Shown here: in pieces, positions 40,646 to 52,947 of the stretch | Position numbering within the stretch: the stretch's first letter is position 1 | How the letters are laid out: every line of letters begins with the position of its first letter | From: Eledone cirrhosa | Taxonomy: Eukaryota | Direction of reading: 5' to 3' | DNA length: 64,000 nt | Assembly (NCBI GenBank): GCA_964016885.1 | Contig: OZ024747.1 | Coordinates: 69,440,001 to 69,504,000, forward strand | Translations under genes and position numbers: made by a program | The notes under the pieces: model-generated | What the model was told of the DNA's origin: nothing | What the model saw: only the letters and a program-made list of their open reading frames with translations | The model's database searches: none

Positions 40646-42859
40646 ACGTGTTTGCACTTCTGTTGTCTGAGTATCTGTTTATGTGTAGATGTAACTAAAG
40701 CGTTACAAATGTACAAATGGGCGAAACACAGCAAGAATTATAAGATATTATAAGATATTACAACTTAGTCTTTTGTGTCTTCATTAAAACTAATATCTAT
40801 CGAATTTATCATTGAAATTATTTGATACTTAAGTTTTGTTTTCAACTGAAATGTTTTCTTCTGAAATGAATTAACATCATTACCCACTCATTCGAGTCAA
40901 CTACTGATTTCTATGTTTCTGATTTCTATGTTTGAGTGTTGTCTGTTAGAAATAACAGCTAAATCTCCCTAAAATTTCACCCTATCGTCTCGACAAAGAA
41001 TAACACACCGTAATCATGAATATACAATATGATGAGATGTTCATGATCAGATCACCATATTAAGTAATTTAGTCCACAAGATGATAGACTGGCATTTTTA
41101 TACAACTCTTGAAGAGTCAAAGAAAAGATTTTTTGCATCATATTAATTTCTGGCCAACATTTCATGAGTTTAAATATCACCGATCTAAGCCGATTTTAAA
41201 CATCACAATTTTAAAAAGCAATCAGCAAATTAATTTCAATAACATCCAACATAATAGATCAAAGAAACAATTTAGGTTTCAGGTGATTCTTCTATAGTGA
41301 AATTGAGCACTTCATAATCAGCATATGGCCTTTCACTTCATTTGCATACACTGTTATATTAATCCATTTTCTGTTCATGTTTATACAAGAATTTATACCA
41401 AACCAATTGTTACATTCTGTAAAGTCTTCTGAAATAAAACTAAAGATGATATTTCGTTTCTGTAATGATTGCAAATTTACGGCATTTGGAGAACTGATTT
41501 ATAAAATCACTTCTTTTAATGGCTAGTTTGAATGTGGTACCTGTCGGCTACAACCTTTAACATATCCAGAGAAAACTGCCAAAATTTATTTTTACATGTA
41601 TGTTGTCCAAATATTGATGCCAATACACACATGACATCAATTGTCTCTGCAGCTACAAAAGCTTCTTACAGTTTAAAGAAGGAAGTCTCCAGTTAAACTG
41701 TTTGCTATGAAGGCTACTTTATACATTCCTTACACAAAGAAATCAACTATTAACAAAAGCAAGCAATAAGATCTGCTCTTTGAACCCAATGACAATGCCA
41801 GTAACAAAAGTCAAATGTGTACTCTCTACAGAGATAGTGTTATTTCAAGTTGCACTGTAACTGCATATGATATAAATGCATAGTTTGATACAGACAGTGA
41901 ATAACTTATTCCACAAACTGTCATTGTCTTTTGTTTGTCTGAAAAGATGTAAGGAATTAAAAGTTTCTGGAAGTTTATGAAATTGGCTGCAGAAGCAGTA
42001 TTGTGTTTAGAAAGCTGATATCTCAAACAAACTTGTCATCATTTAACACCATTGCAATGGGTTTTGTTTCATTGTTTATGGTTTAAACTAACATTCCCAA
42101 CCTTTCTTCAGTACAAATATTATGAAATACAATGAAATTTTACACTGAATTTCTGATCTAGTACATATTCAAATTCTTCTTATATCAAACACACACACAT
42201 ACATACACATATGTGTTAGTATGTGTGACTGCGGACATTGACAGATATACTTATGTATGTGCGTATGTGTGTGCGTGTGCGTGTGCGTGTGCGTGCGCGC
42301 GTGTGTGCGCGCGTGCGTGTGTATGTGTGTGCGTGCGTGTGTGTGCGTGTGTGTATGTGTGCGTGTGTGCACACATACAAATTCAGAGGAGGAAAGTGAT
42401 AGTGCGAGGAGTCATGAAAGAGAAGTCCTATATTTTCAGTTGTGAAAATCAACATTGCCATATATAAGTGTTTAGTTTATTGAAATCAGTGAAAGACTAA
42501 ATAGCCTCTAGCAGGATATATATAATTTTAATCAAAATAATACTGAAGAACTTACCCTTAAATATGAAGTGCGGAGCTCTGCTGTAATAGCGACTCTTAT
42601 ACAAATTACATAACACATATACGTGCACAATACACATACGTATACAACCACATACATAAGTACATGAACACAAATTCAATACGCATATATATATATATAT
42701 TAATAATAATAATAAACATGAAGACTAAAATCCCAAAAGGGCTCGATAAGGATAAATATATATCAAATATATAAGAACTGTAGAACAAATATTTATTAAA
42801 ATAAGAAGATCCCGTTAAGGGTGAAAGCAGCGATTCTTTGCTTAAACTTTAATCTGTTA

Positions 42860-42906
<47 letters not shown>

Positions 42907-44954
42907 CTGTTAAAACGGCCGGAACTCAGCCGTTGGGGTCCCGAATGTTTCATATGAAACATTATGTACAGATAATATATTTATCTAATTTCAACAGATT
43001 TGGATTTTCACATTTCATTTCATAATTTCAAAATGACTTTCATGTCCGCTACGACCATCTCCAGATTAATGTTGACGTCACTATTTTTCTTTAGTGAATA
43101 TTAATATAGCGAAAATATCTAGGTGTCGTTCGTATAGTTAAAGGAGATAATCAAGTATTTTAATATTTTATAATTGTGTGTTTATTTTTACGTAATTCAT
43201 ATCTCAAAGGGAAAGAAATTTTAAATTTGTCTCAGTTAATAAGTATTATAGAATATATCAATTTAACCTAAACTGAATTTTAATTTAACTAAACCAATCT
43301 AAACCAAATTGAATCCGTATCATTATCCATTTGGATCTGGATTGTGCTTTTCAATAAAAGTCTTTAAGCTTTCTTTTGACTTCATTTGAGACACAAATTT
43401 ATAAAATGGGAATTATAAAATATTTGTTGTAAAATGATTACTTAGAGGGAGGGATATGTGTGGCATTAGGGTTTCGAATTTATTTACAGTATGTTTGCAT
43501 GCGACTGATCAATTATATTTCTTTGCAATTCAAGCATGCGATGAAGTAAATAAGATTTCTGCATTTACAGTTCATATTTGCATTCGCAAATATTTTTCAT
43601 CCGAGTTTTATATTAGTGAACAGCATGCATAAACTCAAATATGCAACAACTATTGTCATTTCATTTGGATACTGTGAAGTTTATATTGTTGTTTTGATCA
43701 AACTTCTCTTTTGCTGACGATTATTTCAATTTCATTGGTTTTCGTTTGTTTGAATAGGCCGTGTATCAGTAATTAGATCATTTAGTTTATTATATCTGAT
43801 AAAAAGTATGTTTAATTTGGCGACTTTAAAAATATGATTTTATGGACTGTGCGTCGCTACAATAGGTATTAGATCAGGGTTTTGCTACCCGAAGTTTCTC
43901 TACAGCTATTCGTTTTGTACGTTCTATACAATTTTGAGTAAGAAGGGATAGGTATCCTTCGAGTTCTTCAGATACAAATTTTTCTTTCTAGACAATATAG
44001 AATGTTACGTTTTGTATGTGTTGGATGGCATGATTAGAAATTTAAGTATTGGTATGCGTATGTGTTTTTGTGATATATATATATCTGTTGTGATGGTGCT
44101 ATTTTTAATAGCCATATTCAGAAATCGTAATATTGTGGTATTTGTCTCCTTTGTAAGTTTTAGGGTTTGGTGTAGATTGTTCAGGAGGGTGTTGAATTCG
44201 TCTTAAACAATCGAGGGATTCTGTCTATATAATAAAACAGTCATCAAGAAATCCCTTTATCCCTTCAAATGTGAATAATTCATTTTCTTCTAAATTTTCG
44301 TACAGTTTTTTCTTCTTATAATATTTTGCCTGGTGTTAATATTCTGGTAATCCTCCCTGTATTTTTATGGAAGAAAAACTCAACCAATCTTATTTCGAGA
44401 GTATTATTGGTTTCAAATTCACACTGCAGAAGGCCTACATGTTATTTTTGAAGCAGAGATCTAGAATGGTATTACATCTTGTTGAGTAGAGTATTTGTTC
44501 AAAGAACAATATGTTGTACGAGTTAAATAATAATTTAGCTTATCTTTGTTCATACTGTGGCATTCCTGAGGAAATGTGGCTTTCAAGCGATTTGATATTG
44601 TTCAGTCTGAAGCCTTCTAAAAGAAGTTCATTGGCGTGTTGGACATATTGTCTAAGTATTAACCAACCTCGACCAAGAATATACGCAAATTTATCATCAT
44701 AATTTGGGACATACACAAGCGCACACAGACTCGCCTTCACACACATCCAAACACTATCATTATAAGGATTATGTGCACAGAGAATACTTATAATAATATA
44801 TACACTGTACTTTCCGAAATATATAGTACTATTGAATAATGGACATAATGGTTTTAGCTATTAGCATCCCATTATTATATATATGTACTGTCCTTAATGT
44901 CTACTTTATGTAAACCCTTGTGGTTAATAAAGAAAACATTATTATATATATGTA

Positions 44955-45096
44955 GGGCGGTGGATTGGTCGGACGCCATGCTTTCCAGCATAGTTACGTC
45001 CCTTTACGATCTGAGTTCAAATCTCGCCGAGGTTGACTTTGCCTTTCATCCTTACGCACTGGGTAATTGCTGGCCTTGTGCCTACAAGTAGAAACA
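44955..45096 (+). mobile_element. SINE family 1 with two internal deletions and a 17-bp TSD
   Basis: ATTATTATATATATGTA at 44938-44954 and 45097-45113. Confidence 0.9.
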
Positions 45097-46204
45097 ATTA
45101 TTATATATATGTATATATATATATATATATAGAGGGGTGGGGAGGGAGAGAGAGAAAGTTTAGACTATAATTATAGTAAAATATATTTCGAGGAAGCTTC
45201 TATTTCAATCCTAAACTTCGCTCGCCACATTCCAATCATACTTTCTTTGTTATATATATATATATATAGAGTTAGTTAAAGTCCCGACCGCAGCGCCAAA
45301 CGCTTGGGATTCTCATATCTTCAGAGAGAGAGCGCGAGAGAGAGAGAGCGAGCGAGAGAGAGAGAGCGAGCGAGAGAGAGAGCGGGAGAGAGAGTGCGAG
45401 AGAGGGAGCGAGAGAGAGAGAGCGCGAGAAAGAGAGAGAGAGAGAGAGAGATTGAGAGAGTTCTCTTTTACCACATCTTATAAAACACTTTGCATGAACT
45501 ACAACTCTTTAGAGCTTTCTTGCCACACACATTCTCCAACTACTACAATCTGCAAATATTCAATGAGAATTATCCGCACTAACATCAATTGGCTCTTCGT
45601 GTCATGTGCTCTGACCCTCTTCCTTCATTTATTCGTAACAAGAAACAAACATTTTTGTCTGCTAGCATTTTCCTTGTTTCCTCTCACTGTCTACTTTAGA
45701 GTCAAAGGTGTCTTGTCTGTCTGCTGTAAATACTGAAGTTTGACATGACTTTATTCTTTCTCACCAATAATGTCAATCAGCAAGTAGAAATTTAAAAGGC
45801 AAAACATTCTCTATATTCAGCCTTTCTTATATCATGATATTTTTCAATTATACTTTGTTAAGCAATTGTCAAAATTGACCAAAAACGGCCACAGAGCTGT
45901 TTTACCTTCTCCATCAAAGCTGTTTTACCTTCTGCATTTTAGCATAACTATATTGTATGCAATATAGTTATGCTAAAATCTTCGTTCAATTGTGATTGTA
46001 CAAGGACTACTTTAGGGGTAAGCATGGAACATAAGGCAAATATGATTAGCTGATCAACATGCTTTGTAAAATAGCGACAAAGATATTGCAGATTCTCAAT
46101 TGCCAAAACCAGTGTCCAATTCCACACCGATTCTACAAACTCCCAGTCGTTATATATAGTTATGTGTATATAATCTTTTTCTTTTTGTTTTCTTTTTGAA
46201 CCCC

Positions 46205-46450
46205 TTCGGTCACGAATGACCATGGGATTTGCAACTAGAAAGTTGTCCTCCTATTCACAATTTCGGGCAAGGTTGTTTGTGGAAGGCCAGCAGTCACCCA
46301 TGCTTACCAGTTTCATCACTCCACGTCACAGATGTTGTCCAGTGACGTCACAACTATTTTCTGCAGCTGAGTAAACTTGAGCAACGTGAAAGTGTCACAC
46401 AGCTTCATGATTGTAAACCCAACGCTCTAACCACTAAGCCACGTGCCTTC
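46205..46450 (-). mobile_element. SINE family 2, internally deleted
   Basis: cagctgagtaaacttgagcaacgtgaaa is the reverse complement of the 640-665 core; ends ctaaccactaagccacgtgccttc. Confidence 0.6.
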
Positions 46451-46460
46451 ACACACACAC

Positions 46461-46565
<105 letters not shown>

Positions 46566-46788
46566 TATATATGTATATATATATAATATATATTAGGTAT
46601 AGGATTATCCAAGATGTAGTAATGGTTAATTACTACACTGGATATGGTTGACGTACGGTGAGAGGTTACTCTACGAGTTATGGAAGAATTGTTGAAGAAA
46701 CTTAGTTCCTGATCCTTCCGTATTCCGGAGTGTATATAAAGAATGAATAATAACAGGTAGACATCATAAAAAGGTAATTTATTCCGTG

Positions 46789-46900
46789 TGCTTACAAATG
46801 TTTCCACGGTGGTACTACAGCCTAGTTATGCTATGTGCAAATTTACAAGAATTTGCAGAACTCAAATATCCAATGCTGTGACCACTGTATCCTCAGAGCA
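46789..46900 (-). ncRNA. Candidate hammerhead ribozyme with an 85-nt branched helix II (left arm of the palindrome)
   Basis: Minus strand: TGCT-CTGAGGA-[85 nt]-GAAA-CA(tt)TG-TA-AGCA, followed by AATAAA. Confidence 0.55.
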
Positions 46901-46905
46901 GAATG

Positions 46906-47019
46906 GTGCTCTGAGGATACAGTGGTCACTGCATTGGATATTTGAGTTCTGCAAATACTTGTAAATTTGCACATAGCATAACTAGGCTGTAGTACCACGT
47001 TGGAAACATTTGTAAGCAC
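46906..47019 (+). ncRNA. Mirror copy of the long-helix-II hammerhead (right arm)
   Basis: GTGCT-CTGAGGA(46911-46917)-[85 nt]-GAAA(47003-47006)-CATTTG-TA-AGCAC. Confidence 0.5.
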
Positions 47020-47068
47020 ACGGAATAAATTACCTTTTTATGATGTCTACCTGTTATTATTCATTCTT

Positions 47069-47107
<39 letters not shown>

Positions 47108-47273
47108 GGTATGTATAGTATATTTGGCAATATACCGTATTTTTAATTAAAAACATTTAGAAGGCCATACGCTATCAGTTTTAAAGTAGTGACTATGTCA
47201 CTTACTTATTTTCGGCGAAAGAAGGGAGAACAACTGACGGTCTGTTGGCGTTCATCAGAGCCACGTACTCCCC

Positions 47274-48195
<922 letters not shown>

Positions 48196-48287
48196 ACTTT
48201 GAACTTTGAATAACTTTGAAATGTTTTGGCCAGTATTGGCCCAGGCCATGTCTAACTTAATAGCACCACCTGGCGAAGTCTTTCAAT

Positions 48288-51200
48288 TCAGAATTTGGGC
48301 ACCATGGCCCATTCGAGAACAGAATTACTGTTTGCGGAGACATATCCGGGTGTGGGTGGTTTGTCCGGGATTACTTGGAGGAATTTGTCCAAAGACTTCT
48401 TGAATTTTGTGTGGTCAGTTTCTGTTTTGACGTGTCCTGGTGTGATGTTGAAGAGAGCAGGGCCGATTGAGGTGAAATAATTGTGCCGTATTGTTGTTAT
48501 GAGTTGCGATTTAGATTTTTGAATGGGACGGATAGCACGGGGCCCAAGCCTTGGGTGTATCTTGAAGGCGATGCCAACATCATTTGGGCAGTGATGATGG
48601 AACATTTTCCACATCATGCAGATAATATAACGCTCACGGCGACGTTGGAGTGAGTAAAGTTTCAGGTTTTCCAATCGACCCCAGTAGTCAAGGTCTGACA
48701 TGCCATCTATCTTTTTCGTGATTGCCCTTTGAGGAGCTTCAAGTTTCATGATACTTTGTTTCGTGTGGGGAGACCACAGTGGACAACAGTATTCAAGGTG
48801 TGGTCGGGCGAAAGTAGAGAAGAGAAGGATAATGGTGCGGGAATCTCTCGACTGGAAGGTTCTGAGGATCCAGGAACACATTCTGCGGGCCATGTCAACT
48901 TTGCTGCTTATATGCGTGGTCCAGCTTATGTTGCTGTCCACGGTTACTCCCAAGTCTCTGATGTTGTTAGATGCCACGAGAGTTTCCCCGGAGGGAAGGG
49001 AGTACGGGAGTTTCAGAGCATCCTCTTTTCCAAAGTGGATCAGTTCGAATTTGTCTTCGTTCAGTAACATGTTGTTCTTTTCTGCCCATTGGGTAACAGC
49101 CAGTAGGTCTGACTGAAGGCTTATCCGGTCATCCACGCCATTGATGACCTTTTGGAGCTTGGAATCATCAGCGAAAATTTTAATGTTGCTGTGTTTGATG
49201 ATGTCAGTGATGTCATTAATATAGATGATGAAGAGAAGTGGGCCCAACACAGTGCCTTGTGGGACTCCACTACTGACTTTGGCTGGGCTTGATTTGACTC
49301 CCTCAACTACAACATGTTGGGTTCTGTTTGACAGGAAGCTCTTGATCCACTGCAGCAGCTTTCCAGTGACACCAATATTGGACAGCTTTCTCAGTAGAAT
49401 GTTATGATCAACCCTGTCAAAGGCCTTGCTGAAATCAAGGTAGATAACATCAGTGTTGGAACCCTCTCCCAAGGCTCTCAAAATGTCATCAAAGTGATGC
49501 AGTAGTTGCGTCAGGCAATCCCTTCCATTACGGAATCCATGCTGGTTGGAGTTCAGCATATTGTTACTCTCAAGGAAGTGGGTCATTCGCGATCTCACCA
49601 CTCGCTCAAATACCTTAATGATATGAGAGGTGAGTGAGATTGGACGGTAATTCACGGCAAGGGATTTGTTTCCCTTTTTGAAAACTGGGACAACAGACTG
49701 GGATAGAAGGTTTTCTGGCACATATCCAGCATCCAGTGAGTTCCGCCACAGATTGGCAAGAGGAGAAGCAAGTTGGTGTTGACACGCCTTCAAGACACAA
49801 GCAGGGAACCTATCGGGACCTACTGCTGAATTATGCTTGATTTCCTTTATTGCCGCCAAGACATCAGGGGCGCCAAACGTTATGTCCGATAAGGTGTAAT
49901 GGGGAGTAACATCGCCGATACAGCCCAGATCGGCCATATCAGGATTGCTGAAAACAGAGCAGTATTGTTTCTGCAGTATCTCACCCATAGTTTTAGCATT
50001 GTCTTGAAGAGTGCCATTTTCATCAATTAGAGGGCCAACAGTAGAGCCAGTGATTTTGTGTTTTTTTGCAAATGAAAAGAACACTTTGGGATTGAGTTTG
50101 ATCTTCTCAATGGCCCAGGCCTCTTCAGCTCTTCTCTGATTGTTGATGAGGGACATTATGTTGTTTTGGAGGTTATGTTTTTTAATCTCTAGTGATGAAA
50201 TGGCAGTCAAGTTGATGTGTTGCTGCTGACAGTATTTCAGATTGTTGATTTTTTTGTTCGTTCTCTTAATTTTTCTGATGAGCGTTTTTCTATTTCTAGG
50301 GATTCTGCTCTTAGATTTGTTTATAGTTCTTAATGGGGTGTGTTTAGCACATATGTTTGTAACAGTGTCCACAAATGTCTGCCAGGACTTTTTGATGTTA
50401 GTGGGTGTATGAGTGTGCGTGAAGGACCAGTCGACATGTGCAAGATCATGACTGATCGCTTCCCAGTTTGCATTGTGGAAATCCATAGCGTCAAACGGAT
50501 GGACAGGAGAAATGACATTGGGTTTGTATATTGGACGGTGGAATCTCAGATCACAGAGAACCATGTCATGATCAGAGAGTAGAGTTTTCTCCACTGCAAT
50601 ATTGTGGATATTGTCAGTGTGATTGCTGAAAATTAAGTCTAGGACGTTTTTGTGGCACCTCGTTGGTTCGAGCACTAGTTGGGATAGGAAGAAATCATCC
50701 ATGAAGTCAAGAAGCGATTCCACAGCTTCCCTGTCAGAGGTTGAGGCAGAAGAACCTGGTGGCAGGGTGTTTGTGGACCAGTCAACTCCGGGGAGGTTGA
50801 AGTCCCCCATCATTAAGATGTTGTCAGGGTGACACTCTTGGATGAAACACTTTATGCTGTTGAGGCATTCCTTGAAGCATGGTACAGGCGTTTGGGGTGG
50901 CCTATAGAGCCCAACTACTAATAGGTTGTTGGTTTGACTGAATACAGTGACTGCCTCACAGTATCCATTAGTGAATATGTTCATAGCCTCTGTTGAGAAA
51001 GAATTATGGACATAAATGGCAGTTCCGCCCTTTCTTCTGCCAGCGCGATCAGCACGGATGGCTTTGAAATTTTTCACTTTCACCTCGGCTTCCAAGTGGA
51101 GGTTACTGAGATGGGTTTCAGTGAGGACGAAGAAAGGGATGTGGTTTGGATGGACATCAATCCAGTCCTCCAGGAATTTGATCTTCCATTTTTGAGTATT

Positions 51201-51308
51201 GGTGGAAGGGCTGATGCCTTGGGCGTTAAGCAAAAATGTAGAGGCGAGAGTGGATGGTTTTAATTGTTTTGGTGTGTTGTTAATTTGTTTGTTTGTTAAT
51301 GGCAGCAA
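48288..51308 (-). CDS. ORF2 of element A: AP endonuclease + reverse transcriptase
   Basis: APE motifs LNAQG, LTETHL, GLYRPP, MGDFN, LDLIF, SDHDMV; RT motifs [43 protein letters not shown]. No stops; the listed start is TTG, not ATG. Confidence 0.95.
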   Translation of the reverse strand: MLPLTNKQINNTPKQLKPSTLASTFLLNAQGISPSTNTQKWKIKFLEDWIDVHPNHIPFFVLTETHLSNLHLEAEVKVKNFKAIRADRAGRRKGGTAIYVHNSFSTEAMNIFTNGYCEAVTVFSQTNNLLVVGLYRPPQTPVPCFKECLNSIKCFIQECHPDNILMMGDFNLPGVDWSTNTLPPGSSASTSDREAVESLLDFMDDFFLSQLVLEPTRCHKNVLDLIFSNHTDNIHNIAVEKTLLSDHDMVLCDLRFHRPIYKPNVISPVHPFDAMDFHNANWEAISHDLAHVDWSFTHTHTPTNIKKSWQTFVDTVTNICAKHTPLRTINKSKSRIPRNRKTLIRKIKRTNKKINNLKYCQQQHINLTAISSLEIKKHNLQNNIMSLINNQRRAEEAWAIEKIKLNPKVFFSFAKKHKITGSTVGPLIDENGTLQDNAKTMGEILQKQYCSVFSNPDMADLGCIGDVTPHYTLSDITFGAPDVLAAIKEIKHNSAVGPDRFPACVLKACQHQLASPLANLWRNSLDAGYVPENLLSQSVVPVFKKGNKSLAVNYRPISLTSHIIKVFERVVRSRMTHFLESNNMLNSNQHGFRNGRDCLTQLLHHFDDILRALGEGSNTDVIYLDFSKAFDRVDHNILLRKLSNIGVTGKLLQWIKSFLSNRTQHVVVEGVKSSPAKVSSGVPQGTVLGPLLFIIYINDITDIIKHSNIKIFADDSKLQKVINGVDDRISLQSDLLAVTQWAEKNNMLLNEDKFELIHFGKEDALKLPYSLPSGETLVASNNIRDLGVTVDSNISWTTHISSKVDMARRMCSWILRTFQSRDSRTIILLFSTFARPHLEYCCPLWSPHTKQSIMKLEAPQRAITKKIDGMSDLDYWGRLENLKLYSLQRRRERYIICMMWKMFHHHCPNDVGIAFKIHPRLGPRAIRPIQKSKSQLITTIRHNYFTSIGPALFNITPGHVKTETDHTKFKKSLDKFLQVIPDKPPTPGYVSANSNSVLEWAMVPKF

Positions 51309-52480
51309 TGGGAGTTTGTGCAGTGGGGTGATAGTGGAGGGTGGTGCTGGGTGATAGCTCGAATGTTTTTTTCCAGTTCTTTTGCCAGATTCATTATGGC
51401 TAAAAAAGAGGAAGAAGTTTCCTGTTTAGAAGACTGTTGGTGACTGTGGTAGTGGTTATTTTTATGTAGGTTATGGTTTTTGTTTTTGCTTTTATTTTTA
51501 ATTTTATTTTCATTTATCCGACGGGTCCCCGGGAGATGGGTAAAGGGACAATCCCGGTCTAAACACAATCTGTCTCGCAGGGAAAAACGGCAGATTTGTG
51601 GATTCCTTGTTTGAGTTATTGGTGGTTGTGTTGGTGTTAAATTAGAGTATGTATTATGGTGGTGGCTGTTTGTGGGGATAGATCGTTTTGTCCTAGGTAA
51701 ATGGGTGAATTTGCAGCCACTATCCGTACATATTCTATAGCGTAGAGAGTAGCGGCAAATGATGGGGTTTCGAGTGGGTGGGTATATGGGTGTGGGTGTT
51801 GTGAGAGGTGTAGATGATGGTTTGGGTAGGATTTGACGACCTTTGTGGACTGTGGGAGGGAGAGTTCTTGTTCTGGTATTAGAAGGTAAATTCCTTGACA
51901 TAGCAGTAGACAAAAATGTTGTAGTAGTAGTAGTAGGCAGAGATGTTGGCAGTGGTGATGATTGGACTGCTGGGCCAGAGAAAGGATGTGGCGTTTCATG
52001 CTGTGAGACAGAGGCTACTGGGGGGTCAATAGTTTCATTTAGTAGATCGGCCATTGTTGATGAATCAAGGAGTGGTTCACACTGTTGTTGTTGCTGTTGT
52101 TGATGTTGTTGTTGTAGCTGTTGTTGATGTTGTTGTTGTAGCTGTTGTTGTTGTTGCTGTTGTAGCTGCTGTTGTTGTTGTTGTTGCTGTTGTAGCTGCT
52201 GTTGTTGTTGTTGCTGCTGCTGGACAGCATTCGAAGAGAAAACACACCGTAGTTTATCCAAATGTTTATTGATTAATTTAAAAGCAATTTCGATTTGCTT
52301 TAATTTATTTTGAATCTGTTGTTCAGATCGAGTTTTCAAAAATTGAACTGTACGTTTAGCAATGTCGTTCAGAGATGAAGCATCTATATTTTCTGTTTGG
52401 GAAAGGCAATGCCATGTGTTTATTAGAATGTCGATTTCATTATCAGACCAGTTCTGTTTGGATTTTTGCTGGTTAGCCAT
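51296..52480 (-). CDS. ORF1 of element A: N-terminal Myb/SANT-like (trihelix-type) domain, polyQ tract, two CCCH zinc fingers
   Basis: ATG-initiated 394-aa ORF; WSDNEIDILINTW...RSEQQIQNKLKQI; polyQ at about 52084-52221; C-x8-C-x4-C-x3-H at 51701-51757 and 51536-51592. Confidence 0.85.
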   Translation of the reverse strand: MANQQKSKQNWSDNEIDILINTWHCLSQTENIDASSLNDIAKRTVQFLKTRSEQQIQNKLKQIEIAFKLINKHLDKLRCVFSSNAVQQQQQQQQQLQQQQQQQQQLQQQQQQQLQQQHQQQLQQQHQQQQQQQCEPLLDSSTMADLLNETIDPPVASVSQHETPHPFSGPAVQSSPLPTSLPTTTTTTFLSTAMSRNLPSNTRTRTLPPTVHKGRQILPKPSSTPLTTPTPIYPPTRNPIICRYSLRYRICTDSGCKFTHLPRTKRSIPTNSHHHNTYSNLTPTQPPITQTRNPQICRFSLRDRLCLDRDCPFTHLPGTRRINENKIKNKSKNKNHNLHKNNHYHSHQQSSKQETSSSFLAIMNLAKELEKNIRAITQHHPPLSPHCTNSHCCH

Positions 52481-52491
52481 TCTAGTTTTGA

Positions 52492-52947
52492 GTGTGTGTG
52501 TGTTTTAGTTAAGTATTTCAATATATATATATTTTTTTTTTTAAATTTATTTTTGATTTATTTTTGTTTTTTTGTTTTTCTTGTGTGTGAGTGAGAAGCG
52601 TATATATATAAATATGAGTATATATATATATATATATGTATATTCTGGTTATTTGAAATTAATTAAGTTAATGAAAAGACGAAAGTATATAATAATAATT
52701 TGTAGTTAAAGGAAAATGTACTCACAAGTTCGTGTGTGTGTGTTTTAGTTAAGTATTTCAATATATATATATTTTTTTTAAATTTATTTTTGTTTTTTGT
52801 TTTTCTTGTGTGTGAGTGAGAAGCGTATATATATAAATATGAGTATATATATATATATATATGTATATTCTGGTTATTTGAAATTAATGAAAAGACGAAA
52901 GTATATAATAATAATTTGTAGTTAAAGGAAAATGTACTCACAAGTTC
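52492..52947 (-). repeat. Two tandem 5'UTR monomers of element A (about 240 and 216 bp)
   Basis: gtgtgtgtgtgttttagttaagtatttca...aatgtactcacaagttc occurs at 52492-52731 and 52732-52947. Confidence 0.9.

Larger units (their letters stand above)
46733..47074. repeat. 342-bp palindrome: 168-bp arms, 6-nt loop, 4 mismatches
   Basis: 46733-46900 is the reverse complement of 46907-47074; loop GAATGG. Confidence 0.96.

Noticed and set aside
41100-42150. Possible ancient transposase remnant (KDZ/HMGXB3-like); similar coding-like decay at about 13450-14340, 44000-44700 and 45480-45960
   Set aside because: Only faint motif impressions across many stops and frameshifts; needs tBLASTn or HMM searches before any call.
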